Source: Sphaerodactylus townsendi (lineage: Eukaryota). Taken from it: DNA of 64,000 nt. The stretch spans positions 60,884,001 to 60,948,000 of the forward strand of contig NC_059434.1 in assembly GCF_021028975.2 (NCBI RefSeq), given 5' to 3'. Below are positions 37,785 to 51,050 of this stretch, piece by piece; position 1 is the first letter of the stretch; every line of letters starts with the position of its first letter. Under the pieces are notes generated by a model that ran no database searches, was not told where the DNA came from, and saw only the letters and a list, made by a program, of their open reading frames with translations. The position numbers were made by a program, and so were the translations under genes.

Positions 37785-40700
37785 CAAGAATCTTTGGTAG
37801 AAAGTGTATGGAGATGTGCCTTCTCTTCTGCCTTATTTCCCTCTTAATATTCTAAAAGTAAAGGCAGCAGAAATCTCTACTGTATGATTGCTGGTGAGTG
37901 CATGCCCTTGCCCATGTAAATAAACACTGGTCACATATTTTTACAGGCTGGGAGGAATCAAACACTGTATTTGGGCACAATGTTGTGAGTGAGGAAGGAG
38001 CTGAAGTCCCTGATGACCACCGTGTTCTGGTCTCAGTTTCAGAGGGCGACTGTGTTGGTCTGCAGCAGAGCAGCTGGTTTTGAGTCTAGTAGCACATTAG
38101 GAACCAACAAGATTTTCAGGGTATGCGTTTTCAAGAGTCAAAGCTCTCTACATCAGATACCAAGGTACTCTCAGGTTTCAGACACTTCCCCCTCTAAGGA
38201 ACACACGCTGAGATCAGGAGAGGGCAAGAGGGAAGCAGGAAGTACAGATTTAATACTGTGGCATTTTATATTGGCATAAAGGCCTCTTCACGTGCCAAGT
38301 TCAAATAATTCTCTCTGAAACCTTCTTGCTCTGCAGAAGTGCCCTTCAGATTGTGGTGCATGCTTTAATTTGGCCTCAGCATGGTTGCAAATGCACCACT
38401 AAATTATTCCTTGAATTCAGTGTCGTGACTGTTTCTTTCAAAAGACCCACAGATCTTTTTTGGGGGAAAGTATTGGGTTCAAAAGCTTGTATTATTTTGC
38501 AGAGACTCTCTCGAAAGGTTGTATTGTTTTGTTTCCTTCTCCCATTGTTTATCTATTTGTGCTCCTTACGGTGTGCTCATGGTTGCTAATCTCCAGGTAG
38601 GGTCTGGAGATCTTCCAGAATTACAGTGTAACCCCTACATAGGAATAAAGGAGTCAGGAAGAGGTGGAGCGTCTAGAGTGGAGTGCAGTGCAGTACAGAA
38701 TGTATGGAAAGCAGAAGGCTCCTGAGCTGGGAGCTGGGCTCTTAACACCTTGCCTAGGGGCGGGCTGTGTTTATTTGGTTGGAGTTCTCTCGGGACCTTC
38801 ATCTTCTGAGGCCATTGCACCTGGAGACTTCCTGGGCCACCCACAAGAGGAAGGAAATGCATTTGGTGTCGGAATTCTGTGAAAAAGGGAAAAGTTATTT
38901 GTTAAACTTGAATAAGGTCATGGTTTTGTTGTATTTCCAGGAAAATTCCATCCCAAAGTTGGTAGCCTACTTGTACCCATTCTGTTAGTGCATGGTTCCT
39001 TCCTTTTCTGTTAAACCATATCTATTCCACCTGGAAAGAATGCACTGGAAAGAATGCACCTGGAAAGAATGCACCTGGGAAGAATGCACTGCCATTCTGC
39101 AGAAGAGATGTCTATATTCCAGCACCTTAGCTACAGAGACATTCTAGTAATATTGATCCTGTAACGTATGCATGTAAAGCAATTCTATATATACCTCTGT
39201 AATTCTTGTTGATGTATCTTATAACTTGTTAGATGACCCCTCTGAATTCTAGGCGTCTTTCCAGTAAGCTAGGAAGATAGAAATGTTCAACCATGGAGCA
39301 AGACCAAAAAACTTGAAACCTCAATTTTATTGGTAAGGAAGGCAAATTCTGTCATCCTCCCTACTTCAGTGCATACCAATTCAACTCCATAGCATTTTCA
39401 ACTCCATTAAATCTAGTAAAAGAATCTGTATCTCCCAGAAACTGCTGATACAGCTTTCAAAATATGGAGGATTAAAATAAAATCTCATCAAAAGCTCATT
39501 GTATGGTAGAGTTTTCTTTCATACTGAATATGAATCTTGAATAACATTTTTGTAGCTTCATCTTGAACTGAAGGAAGTTTTCTCTTTACTCCAGAAAGCA
39601 GGCAATGCCCAATTGAGGGAGTTGCACTCAGAATCCGAATTCTGTGGAAATTGTTTAGCTCAGTTTTGTGTTGCTGTTTCATTGTATTTTTTTTAAAAAA
39701 AATCACTAGTCTGTTTTTACTTGTAAACTACTTCAAGAAGATTGTTGAGTATGTGGGATATTTAATCAAATACTTAAAATCAGGCACCCATAGCAACTGT
39801 CTCCAGGAGTCAGATTGAAGGATCTGCCCAGTTTAAGGATCTGCCCAACTGTCTCCAGGAGTCAGATTAAGGATCTGCCCAATTCCTGACTTTTCTTTCG
39901 CAATATTCAACGATCTGTTTGCTCACGTACACTTTTATTTTAAAGAGCACCAATTGCAGCACGGCATCCCTGGTAGGAGGATCCTAGAACCTATCCTGTA
40001 GTCTCCGGCAACTTCCACCCTCTCTGAGAAAACAGCCTCACCCGACCAACCCTCTCAGTTCTGGCAGTGATGCAGCATTTCCACCCCTTTTTAATTCTTG
40101 TGATAGGTCTGAGGGCTTTGCAGACAGTGCCTGCCAGGAAGGCACGTGACCCTGTAACGCAAACTAAGGACAGCAGAAAGCATTATTTTTTTTCTGTAAA
40201 AATGCTCAGACATAAGGAAGGCAGATTTGCTAACAAGAACATATTGTTTATAGATTGCATACTATAAGGAACAAAGCCAACATCTTCAACTCCTGGTTTC
40301 CCTATCTTTTGATTATATCTTTATAACCTGCACTTTATCTAATACCAATAAAAAAAGGTTCTTGCAAAACCACAAACGTTGCCAAAATAACAGTGTCTTT
40401 TTAAATGGCTGAGTTGTGAAAGTTGTCAGCCTAAATGTCAGGGGAAGATTTCAGAGGCTAATATAACAGTTTCTTCCAGATATTTTTTTTCTCGACAGCT
40501 TCAAATGAAAAAGAAGAAAAATGGACTTTGTTTTATGTATACTGCGATGGTTTGCATGGTGAAATTGCTTCTCTGTTGGCATGGGTATTGCCCCGATGCA
40601 GTCAGGAGTTCTGCGCTGCTCCCAGCGCTGAAGCATGTCTGCCACGTTTTTGCCCCGGCGCCACCCTGGGACATTGGCTTTGCTCCGCAGATTTCCCGAA

Positions 40701-42049
40701 TCGCAAAGGTTGAGGTTCTTTTGAAATGCCCCTTTGTTGCTCTAGTAACTTCTGCCGCCATGAAAAATTCCCCAGTAGCAGAAACAGGGCCATTTTCCCC
40801 GCCTCACCCTACCAAAGGATAGGCACTGAAAATTGGCGCGCCCCTCCCTTGCAGTGGGGAAAAAAAGGAGAGAGAAACCTTGGGTTTTTTTAGAAAGCAG
40901 GGAGAAACCTTGGACAGAAAAGCAGTGTGCCTGCCCCACCAAACAAGAGACTCCCCGCCCTGCCCCCAAACCCAAGGAGTTTGCAGGGAGGAGAACAGAG
41001 ATTCTCTTGCACGCGCAAGGAGTTTAAAGAGGGGAAAGCCAGCGATTTTCTCGCACGAGCAAGGATTTTAGATGGGGGGGGGGGGGGCGAGGGCGCTGAT
41101 TCTCAGCACCTGGCTGCATTCTGTTTTAATTTTTTTTAAGTATTGAAAGTGAGTGGGGGGAATGGGGCGAGATTCAGCCAATCTGAACACAGGAAACGGA
41201 GGCTGCCCATGCATGCCTAGTGCAAAAGAGCTTGCGGTGCTTATGGGAAAGCCCCGGGCTCATAGAGAACCGGTTGCGTCTTCCCGTACCAACCCTGACT
41301 CAAGTGAAGGAAAGAGCCAGGCAGCCGTGGGGAACTACAAGCAGGGTGAGAAGCCCCGCAGCAGGTTCGCTCCCCAGACATGCCATGGGGCATTTCGAAA
41401 GTGAAAAAACAGCCTCTGAAAACAACTAGAGAATATCTCTTGTGACTAGTGCAGCACTTTTCTATCTCCTTCATCAAGCATCAGTGCTGCATGTGTATTT
41501 TGTTCAGTGTAAATCCTCGTGATGGTTGATGGATTGCTGAGATGGAAATCTGGATCCGAGCTCGATTGCTGAAGGGTGCTTTCATCATTGAACATCTCTT
41601 CTTTCAGCAACCTATTTTTCCCTTCCTAGCGTGTCCTTCCTTCCCTTCCAGTATGTTGTTAGAAGTACAGCTGTGCTTGTCCTTCCCTGTCAAGTGCCCC
41701 ATATACTGGTCTCAGTGGTAGACAGATGAAACCTACTGCTGTGGTGCCAAGTACAAGTGCATGGCTCTATGAATTCTTCTTATAGCATTCAAAGTCAGAT
41801 GACTGTAGATAAGTCCAGTGTACAACACAGCAGCACGTGTGCCTCCATTATGTGATCTGGTCAAAAGAGGCTAGCTAGATGGTGAGTGGTGAGCAGAGAG
41901 ACTACATCAGAATGCCTTGTCTCCCACTAGTATTGACCTGAAAGAAAACAGAACCAAGGGACCCCCAGCACAGGGATGGAACACGTGCATATGCTTTGAT
42001 TGACAGCTCCCAGGTTTCATTTCCAATCCCCTGGATTGGAACACAGCCC

Positions 42050-42222
42050 TTGGGACCTGGAGATCTAGAATTACAATTAATCTCCAGGCTGCCAAGATCA
42101 GTTCCCCAGGATAAAATCTGCTTTGGAGGGGGACTCTTATGGCATCATATCCCATAGAGACCTCTTCCCAGATTTAGCCCCCAAATCTCTAGGAATTTCC
42201 CATCCTGGAGTTGGCAACCCTA
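42050..42222. mobile_element. hAT (Tip100-like) MITE remnant ending TGGCAACCCTA; similar remnant at ~4130-4260
   Basis: Shared CAAATCTCTAGGA...TGGCAACCCTA terminus. Confidence 0.55.
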
Positions 42223-43111
42223 CCCCCACCAACCATGGAATTTTGCACCCCCTTTCTCTCCTTCTTGTGACTTTTTTTTTTTTAGTTTTCAGATAATTGT
42301 GTCACAGATGGATCCTTCTTTGTCTGGGGTCCTATTCTGTAGCTTATGTAATGTCATAGTTAATTTAGCCCTGAAGTGCAATGAAATCCACAATATTCAA
42401 GGTTAATGGAACACCATAACATCTTTGTGGCCAGAAAATATGTTTAAAAGTACACATAGAGCTGATTATTTGCTAGCACTTGTTTTCAGCTTGCCACATA
42501 TCTTGTATGAAACTGGGACACCAGTTTAGGAAAACATTTAGGTAGGTTCACCTAAGGTTTTAGATATGAAAGACATCATGTTCTTGGAAGGAGCTGAGCT
42601 GGTTGTTTACTTCATTCCTACAAGCACAGAATAGCATTATCCCAAAACAAGTGATGAATGTTGTTGCTCTGAGCCATATGATGGCAGAAAGAATGATCAA
42701 AGTGCTTGTTGCCAGGGTCTTAATTAAAAACAGACAAGAGGTTGTAATAATTACATAAGTTGATCTTAGTGTGAAGGCGGATTAGTGGAGTAGATATAAG
42801 CACATTTTGTACTTCTTTATTTTAAACATTTTTGTGCTGCCTTTCCACCCAAACAGGGTCTGCAAGGTGGTGAACCTCAAGGGATTAAAACATTAAAACT
42901 ATAACTCAAATGTATGTTTACAAGAATACAATAAAATGTATAAATGTACAAGCACAGCCAGGAGGTGGGACAATAAATAGTTTCGAGGGAATATGCCAAA
43001 TGAAAAAAAATTATTCATCTGCTAGTGGAAGACAACAACAGAGGGAGACAGACAAGTCTCCCTGGGAGGGAGTTCCAAAGTTTCCGCACCCCAAGTTTTC
43101 GCACCTCTGGG

Positions 43112-43700
43112 CAGTGGTGGGATCCAAAAATTTTAGTAACGGGTTCCCATGGTGGTGGGATTCGAACAGTGGCGTAGCACCAGTGGGGCTGGGCGGGGCA
43201 CGACGGAGGCATGGGCGGGCCTTTTGGGGGCAGGGCATTAATAATTTCTCTGTTACTGTAAAAAAACTCTTACTGTAAAAAAAAGTTCCTAATTTCCAGC
43301 TGGTATCTTTCTGTCCATAATTTAAACTCATTATAGCAAGTCCTATCGTCTACTGCCAACAGAAACAACTACTTCTCCTCCAATTGACTGCCTGTCAAAT
43401 ACTTAATACTTTCAAATACTTAATTTTGTTTCTAGAAATCAAAAGAAGGATACTTTCCTTAAACAAGGAACTTTACCATATTTCTAAAACATGTTTTTAA
43501 AACAGCCCAACAGGGAGAATTATCCCATTTTTTACTTTCGCTAACCAGCCACATAGGAAACAACAGGACTTTATGATTTTTGGACCTAATGGAATTTCTA
43601 ACGGAAAAGCAGACCCAATTAGTAACCCCCTCTCGGCACACACAAATAATTAGTAACCCACTCTCGGGAACTGGTGAGAACCTGCTGGATCCCACCTCTG
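43112..43700. mobile_element. hAT MITE (CAGTGGTGGGAT family)
   Basis: TIRs CAGTGGTGGGATCC / GGATCCCACCTCTG; 8-bp TSD CCTCTGGG. Confidence 0.85.
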
Positions 43701-44296
43701 CCTCTGGGCATTGCTTCCCCCTGTTTGTTCAACAGGAGACCCGGGTCTATAGCAAGCTCTCCAAGCTCTGCACCCTATTTTAGGAAAAAAAGGTGTTACA
43801 ACTCAGAACAAAGACTTCCTAAAGTCTCCTGGCTGTTCTGAAAGAAAGATGGCACATGAAAAGACAAATCGATCAGTCATCAGTCAGGTTTGATGGAGGT
43901 GGCCACTCTTAGCATGACCATAAACCTTCATTCAGTTCACCAAACTGGGCTAAACCTGAGAGCTTTGGTTATGTGCGATTTCTGGATCCTACAATGAGCA
44001 TTTGTATAGCCATTGCATGGAAAGAACTGATTACGATGTACCAAATGAAGCTACCTTATACTGAATCAAGCCATTCTACTCAGACCGGGAGTGACTCCCC
44101 AAGGCTTGGGTGGAGATCTTTCACATTATCCACTACCTAATCATTTTCACTGGAGATGGTGAGGGGCTGAATCTGGCACGTTCTTCATACCCAACAGATA
44201 TTTTACCATTGAGATGTGATCCCTTCCCTAGGTGTACAAAGTGATCTCTTTTACCAATTGGTAGGATTTTATGACGCCCTTCCTCCAAGTTGCTTA

Positions 44297-44875
44297 GTTA
44301 GAACATAGGAGGAACACTGATGGATCAGACCAGTGGTCCATCTAGTCCACAGGTGTCAAACTCACGGCCCTCCAGATGTTATGGACTACAGTTCTCATCA
44401 TCCCCTGCCAGCATGAGCAATTAGCCATATAGTCCATATATTGAACCTATATAGTCCATAGCAATTAGCCATATAGCCATATATTGGACCTATAGTCCAA
44501 TATATTGGTTCACATAGTTGGTCCTGGGAGCCAAACAAGACTTAGAGACTAAGGCCTTCCCCTGTGGCTACCTCCCAGCATTACTCATCAGAGGTTTGCT
44601 ACCTTGTGTATAGATCCTTTCAGTCATGATGGCTACTAGCTCATGGATCTGTCTAAGCCACTTTTAATGTTGTTTACACTAATGGCCATCACTGGCTCCA
44701 CTAGCAATGAATTCCATAGTTTAATTACTCATTGAGTAAAGAACTATTTCCTTTGTCTCTCCTGAGCCCATTTCCTAACAATTTCATTGGGTGCCCCCAA
44801 ATTCTAGCATGTTGGGAATGGGAGGAAGAGTTTTCCCTATATGCCGCCCGGGGATCGGGCGGTATAAAAGCCGAA

Positions 44876-44906
<31 letters not shown>

Positions 44907-45035
44907 AATATAACTTTATAAACCTCTATCATATCTTCCCTCAGCCATCTTTTTTCTAGACCACAAAGGCTCATATTCTCCACTATTTCCTCACTGTTGC
45001 TCCTACTCAGAAACTTGGTAGTACCTTCCCTGATT
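44297..45035 (-). mobile_element. Older degenerate CR1 3' fragment with nested small insertions
   Basis: Minus-strand GLEKRWLREDMIEVYK similarity; AGAACATAGGA tail and GGATCAGACCAGTGGTCCATCTAGTCCA 3' UTR motif. Confidence 0.7.
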
Positions 45036-46106
45036 TGAGGTATGAATTCAGCTCTCCTCCTCTTGATCATTGCAAACATGTGTGTTATGTTAGTTGCGTA
45101 ACTGGCACCAAGAGAACTTCATGGGGTGGGGGGAGAGTGATGGTGCTGGTGGGGGGGATCGCTTTCGCTTTTGTAGGTGCAGTATTATCACTTCTGTCTG
45201 TGGCCTTGGAGTTCTGTGGCTGGGAAGAGCCTCCAAGCCAGACAATGCAACTGTCTGCTTCTCATGTGTGGGTGGGGAACTTACAAAATGTAACAAATGT
45301 GGGCAATGTGTATACCAGGAAAATAAAATGAGACACTATGCCCACTGGCAACTGGTATTACAAAGGTATTACAAAGAAGATAAAGTGCAGTGCAATTTTA
45401 ATAGTGACAGGTGCTCTAATATGAACATGCATTGCATATCAAAAACATTACAAAAACATAGTGGCCTTATGTCTACCAGAATGAGATATAATTCAGTCAA
45501 CAAACAGGACATCTCCCGACTTTTAAAAATGGTAATTTCTAAAAAGGAGTGTAAGCAGTGTATGGATAACAACCGTCTTTTTTGCTGCACAAAAGTTGCA
45601 GCACTTAATTGGCTCACTACATGAGTCATGAATAGTCTGTTATCAAATTGTTTTCATGGCTTCAGCCACAAGATTGTTTATTCTGGCTCCGACCAAAACT
45701 CAGTCCACAGTTTATAAGTTGCATTTTTGCAAAAGCTTCCTCAGTGGTGGACTGTAATTCCTGCTTATAACTTATGAGGTATCATTCGTGTGTTATTTCT
45801 GCACTACCACCAGTGCCAAGAGTCTGCTCCAGCTAATTTCCCCACACTAAAAGGGAGAGACTTCCCACCACTTTGGATAATAAAGAAATGATGGATATGA
45901 CAGGATACTGAGGAAAAGATGGACAGTGGATGGTTTCTTGATTATTCAAATGCCTCTGCATTCATAACCTCACAGCAGTGAGTGAATTATGAAGAACCTT
46001 TGCCGGGTGAAGACAAAGTTGTTCTCCAGTTCTGCGCTCTAACCACTATGCAACAAAGTTTCTTATTTTTGTTTATTTTGGAAATTTGTATTACATTCCA
46101 CTGGGT

Positions 46107-46238
46107 CAGGGGTCTGCAACCTGCAGCTCTCCAGTTGTTTATGGACTACAATTCCCATCAGCCCCTGCCACCATGGCCAATTGGCCATGCTGGCAGGGGC
46201 TGATGGGAATTGTAGTCCATGAACATCTGGAGAGCCGC
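46107..46238. mobile_element. Palindromic hAT-type MITE (related partial copies at ~4645-4730, ~12461-12540, ~44350-44416)
   Basis: GGACTACAATTCCCATCAGCCCCTGCCA...TGGCAGGGGCTGATGGGAATTGTAGTCC self-complementary core. Confidence 0.75.
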
Positions 46239-46672
46239 TGAGTGCAGGGGATGCATTTTGTGGATGAATAAACATAGGACATGTCACAGAATAAAATTGG
46301 AACTGCAGCATTTGGTTAATTCACTGGTTAGAACTGTCCAATGAAAAAATGTTTGACTGCTTAATAAGCTGTCCCTGATTCACTGGATGATAAAATTGAG
46401 TTTTAAAAATAAACCCCAAAAATACTGGGTTCCAGGAACTAACTAAGAAGATACCATTTGCTTGCATAGGAGGGAGTTCCTCTTCTAGAACAATGCCAGC
46501 TGAAACATGCCTGAGATCCATTTAGAGCAGATTATGCCTGTTTCTTCTGACCTTCAGCTATTTTCCGGTGCAAACGTAATGAATCAGTCAACACTGTACT
46601 TAACCAGTTAGGATGGCAGCTTTAGTTAGTTAAAATGCAAGCCTGTCTAATCGTCAGTGTCTCATGTGAAAA

Positions 46673-46967
46673 AGAAGAAGAGTTGGATTTAAATCCCCCT
46701 TTCTCTCCTGTAAGGAGACTCAAAGGGGTTTACAATCTCCTTGCCCTTCCCCCCTCACAACAAACACCCTGTGAGGTAGGTGGGGCTGAGAGAGCTCGGA
46801 GAAGCTGTGACTAGCCCAAGGTCACCCAGCTGCCGTGTGTGGGAGTGTACAGGCTAATCTGAATTCCCCAGATAAGCCTCCACAGTTCAGGCGGCAGAGC
46901 GGGGAATCAAACCCAGTTCCTCCAGATTAGAATGCACCTGTTCTTAACCACTATGCCACTGCTGCTC
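46673..46967 (-). mobile_element. tRNA-derived SINE (Squam3-like)
   Basis: Full-length copy with (GAA)n tail on the plus strand. Confidence 0.88.
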
Positions 46968-47280
46968 CTTTTTCAAAGGAGTGTTTCAAATAGAGTCCAG
47001 GAGAAACAGAAGGCCTACAGTGACTCCTGAAGGAGTACCCTCTAAGAAGTCTACTATTAATCCTTGTGGCAACAATCCTGTGAGATAAGCTAGGCTGAAA
47101 GAGAGTGACTTGCTTGAGGTCACCGGTGGGGTTCTATGGCAGGGTAGGATTTTAATCTGGGTCTCCCAGCTCCTGACTGTACTCTACACTGGGTCTCAAC
47201 ACTTTACCATTACATAGGCATGGGCAAACAGTGATGTTTCTTGCAGGGACGTATCTACTTAAAACCCAGGCATTGCCCTC

Positions 47281-47760
47281 TGTCAGGAATGGCACCTACT
47301 TGATTGAGGTGCATTCCTAAACCAATGTAGTTTGATCATATCTGAGTGATTAAAATACACACCTGTCAATGTAACTGCTGCAAGATATATGTACTCAGCC
47401 TGTACTGCTGTACTGGGACATTCTCCCCTTGATCTTTCCTTTATGTTTCACATGCTTTGTAGATAACTAGCCTTATCCCTGACACTTTCCTGGGATGGTT
47501 CCGTTGGCTTGTGGGGGTAGGAGTCCAGGTGGCCGTATCTCTATCTGTCACTGACCTTGGGGTGCCTAGGCGCTGAAGTAACTCTTTCTCACATTCTTTG
47601 GGAAAATAGGAGGGGGGATTGTTCCTGAATAAAGAAGGGCGCAAAAGCCAGGTTCGTCAGAACTGGCTTCTTGCAAGCTGGGTTCTTCGTTGCCTTCCCA
47701 TAAACGCTGCTGATCAACAATTCAGAGTTCATTTATTGATTCAAGGGTTGAGACCTAACA
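47281..47760 (+). mobile_element. Solo LTR (480 bp, second family, Gypsy/ERV-like)
   Basis: TGTCAGG...CCTAACA termini, 5-bp TSD CCCTC (47276-47280 / 47761-47765), internal AATAAA at 47628. Confidence 0.75.
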
Positions 47761-47877
47761 CCCTCCCTCCACAGCTGCACCCCACCCCTGCCAGGAGTGA
47801 GGTGCAATTAAAGGTGGGGAGCTGGACTCACCACATCTGCAATTTCCACGTGGAGGTTGGGTGTGGGGCTAGCCCCA

Positions 47878-48020
47878 NNNNNNNNNNNNNNNNNNNNNNN
47901 NNNNNNNNNNNNNNNNNNNNNNNNNNNNNNNNNNNNNNNNNNNNNNNNNNNNNNNNNNNNNNNNNNNNNNNNNNNNNNNNNNNNNNNNNNNNNNNNNNNN
48001 NNNNNNNNNNNNNNNNNNNN
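47878..48020. other. Assembly gap (143 N)
   Basis: Run of N. Confidence 1.
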
Positions 48021-48293
48021 CCCCTTTCCCTCCTGCAGGAGACTCAAAAGGGCTTACAATCTCCTTGCCCTTCTCCCCCCCCCACAACAAACACCCTGTG
48101 AGGTAGGTGGGGCTGAGAGAGCTCCGAAAAGCTGTGACTAGCCCAAGGTCACCCAGCTGGCGTGTGTGGGAGTACACAGGCTAATCTGAATTCCCCAGAT
48201 AAGCCTCCACAACTCAAGCAGTAGAGCTGGGAATCAAACCCGGTTCCTCCAGATCAGAATGCACCTGCTGTTAGCCACTACACCACTGCTGCT
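48021..48293 (-). mobile_element. tRNA-derived SINE (Squam3-like), tail lost in the gap
   Basis: Same family. Confidence 0.85.
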
Positions 48294-49407
48294 CCCTGGC
48301 CCATTTGAGCCAGGCTGAGGACAGACTTAGGTCCAGCTCGCTCAGACTGAGCTGGCTACTCTCATCCCTCCATCTTTACACTGTTGGCTCCACCCCCAAA
48401 CTCCATATTGGGTAGAGATGAAGCTTGGGGGTGCAGAGTGAGCCCCCAATGAGGCAAGGCTTGGATCAAGCTCTAAGTCGCAGGCTGCAGTTTAGGGCTG
48501 GATCTAATCTTGGCCTTAGCCAGGCTCAAACAAGCTCTTGCTGTTCCTAGCTACACTTGGAGATGTGGCAGGGGGTGAGCCCAGCTTGCCTGCTCACAGT
48601 CTACACATGGAAATTGCAGGCAAGGAAAGTCAACCTCTTTGGCCTTCAACTGCATCCCTGTCCCAAACTCTGCAGGGAGTTCCGTATGGAGCGCAGTTCA
48701 CGGTGTGTGTGTAAATGTGCCCCCAAGAAGTGGCGACTGGGGGTCCAGACCCCCACCCCCTAGATATGTCAGCAGTTTCTTGTCATGAAGATCTTGTGGG
48801 TCCTGTTGATTAGATGCCCATGACATTTGTGCAATTATACTTCAGACAAAAACATTCCAAATGCTTGAAAATCCTTGAGAAAGATGTTTAGACCCCAGAC
48901 AGTTAATGGAAAATGACTACCCATTTGTTCCACTTTAAACATATCTTCTTGAAATATGGCTCTGTTTTTGATATACTATCATATCACCCTTTATCTGCTT
49001 GAAGAGCAAACATATTCTTATGCCATTTGTTACTGTTGGTGCCCTGAGTTTGATCTTATATGATCACCTGTTGTGTAAGATTACATATCTCTTATGTTGT
49101 TAACCTGACTCAGCTGTTACGGCTCATTTTATAATCCCTTTCCTGCAAGCTTAGCCTCCTGCTTGCTTTTTTCTTCCCTTCAGATTCAAAGTACTGAAAT
49201 GGTTTCTGTCAGATTAACATTCTGTTCATTTGTAAGGCAGAGGTTGATTATACACTGCTGTTCTGCCACACAGCTAGGGAAGATTTCCTTCACAGCGGAT
49301 ATTTCTGTACAGTTGCACATATGTTTATGGTACTGCTGATCCCGGAAGCCCCATGGTTAGTGAGAGTGGGGAAACTCTGATGTTCTTCCTCGCTTCAGGG
49401 TTTCCTG

Positions 49408-49659
49408 GATTCTAATCTGGAGAAACGGGCTTGATTCCCCACTCCTCCATCTGAGTGGCAGAGGCTTATCTGGTGAACCAGATGTGTTTCCGCACTCCTA
49501 CATTCCTGCTGGGTGACCTTGGGCTAGTCACAGTTCTTCGGAACTCTCTCAGCCCCACCTGCCTCACAAGGTGTCTGTTGTGAGGAGAGGAAGGAAAAGG
49601 AGCTTGTAAACCACCTTGAGTCTCCTTACAGGAGACTCAAATCCAAACTCTTCTTCTTT
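49408..49659 (+). mobile_element. tRNA-derived SINE (Squam3-like), 5' truncated
   Basis: Same family. Confidence 0.82.
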
Positions 49660-49834
49660 TTTCCGCTCCTTCTGGTCTTCCCTACCCACCCTCCTTGCTC
49701 TGTGAGGGAGGGACAGAGAGACAACTGGAAGACAGAGAGAGAAGACGGAGGTGGCAGCAGCAGCAGTGGTAGTGAGGGAAGAGCCAGGCAGAGGCAAGCA
49801 GAGTTGCTATACTTGGCACCAGCAAAGCACGCGG

Positions 49835-50126
49835 GCAAAATGATTGATTGCTGGTTTTGCTTTTTTAGCCCTTTAAATGTAATAATGAGGTAATATTGAT
49901 ATTCCTTATATCAATATTGTGCAGGCTGTTATTGTTTTGGGGGGCTTTTTAAAAAGGGAAATGCTGGCTGTCAATCCCTGTGAGGGATCAATGTCTGGCA
50001 TGTCCTTAAACAAACAAACAAAAATAATAGCAGCTTGCACAATATTGATATAAGCAACATCGATATTACATCGTTATTTCATTGAAAGGGCTACAAATAC
50101 CAAAACTAGCAATCAACAATCTTGCC
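49835..50126. repeat. ~290-bp imperfect foldback (old palindromic MITE)
   Basis: Arms such as CTTATATCAATATTGTGCA / TGCACAATATTGATATAAG and TTGATTGCTGGTTTTG / CAAAACTAGCAATCAA. Confidence 0.75.
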
Positions 50127-50689
50127 GTGGATGGGGGAACAACCAAGAATGGGGGAGGCAAACCACGTAGCAGGCACTGGGGCACTTCCTCATGTTTCCT
50201 TGTTTACACCTGAAGTCACTGTGGGGTGAAGGGTGTTGTAGTAAGCTCTACATGCATAATGGGCCAGAGGAATCACTGAGAAAACATTTCAGTCTCGTAA
50301 AAAAGATCTACATACACCAGGGAGGGGGGATGTTTGCTTCTGGGGCCCCTTCCGCACATGCAGAATAATGTAATTCAATCCACTTTCAATGTACTTTGCA
50401 GCTGGATTTTACTGTGCGGAATAGCAAAATCCACTGGCAAACAATTATGAAAGTGGTTTGAAAGTGCATTATTCTGCATGTGTGGAAGGCGCCCAGGAGG
50501 CACCCATCCCCCCAAAGGTTATTTCGGGCTGCTATAAGAATGGGGAGGTAAGGATGTTGTATTTCCCTGCATGGTATTTAAGCAAGTCCCAATCCATTGT
50601 AAAGTTGAGTTGCATTGGATTGGATTGGAATTTTAATTTGTATACTGCCCTCCCCCGGAGGGTTCAGGGCGGTGATCATAACATAGAAC

Positions 50690-51050
50690 AATGAGGCATA
50701 ACAATACAGCAAAACTAGTCATAACATCAGCAATAAGACACAGTCTATCAATAAACCTTTAACAATATTCCAATATCAAATTAACAAATGCTCAATATTT
50801 CCATATCAGATTAACAAAACTCAGACATAATATAATAACTATTTCATAACATATCATCCACAAGCATAATAACATTTCATAATACGTCAGCATCATAACA
50901 TCGCAACATCACAACATCGATAATAACATCATTTCATAACGTATGCATCTAATAATATCAAACACATTATAACATAATCATGTAATAATAACATAACCAC
51001 ATTACATACATCATTATACAAAATAACACAAATCATAACAATAGAACAAA
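50690..51050. repeat. CATAA-rich low-complexity tract
   Basis: Repeated CATAACA/ATAAC motifs next to a LINE-type 3' stem-loop at ~50645-50675. Confidence 0.7.

Larger units (their letters stand above)
47244..48774. mobile_element. hAT-type non-autonomous DNA transposon hosting the solo LTR, the gap and a SINE
   Basis: Degenerate TIRs CAGGGACGTATCTA / TAGATATGTCAGCA; exact 8-bp TSD GTTTCTTG (47236-47243 / 48775-48782). Confidence 0.65.

Noticed and set aside
40500-41480. GC-rich ORF cluster as a gene or CpG-island promoter
   Set aside because: No recognisable protein; looks like decayed DNA-transposon sequence whose termini I could not define.
45094-45624. 176-aa Cys-rich ORF
   Set aside because: Non-ATG start, no recognisable domain or coherent zinc-finger spacing, no evident splice context.
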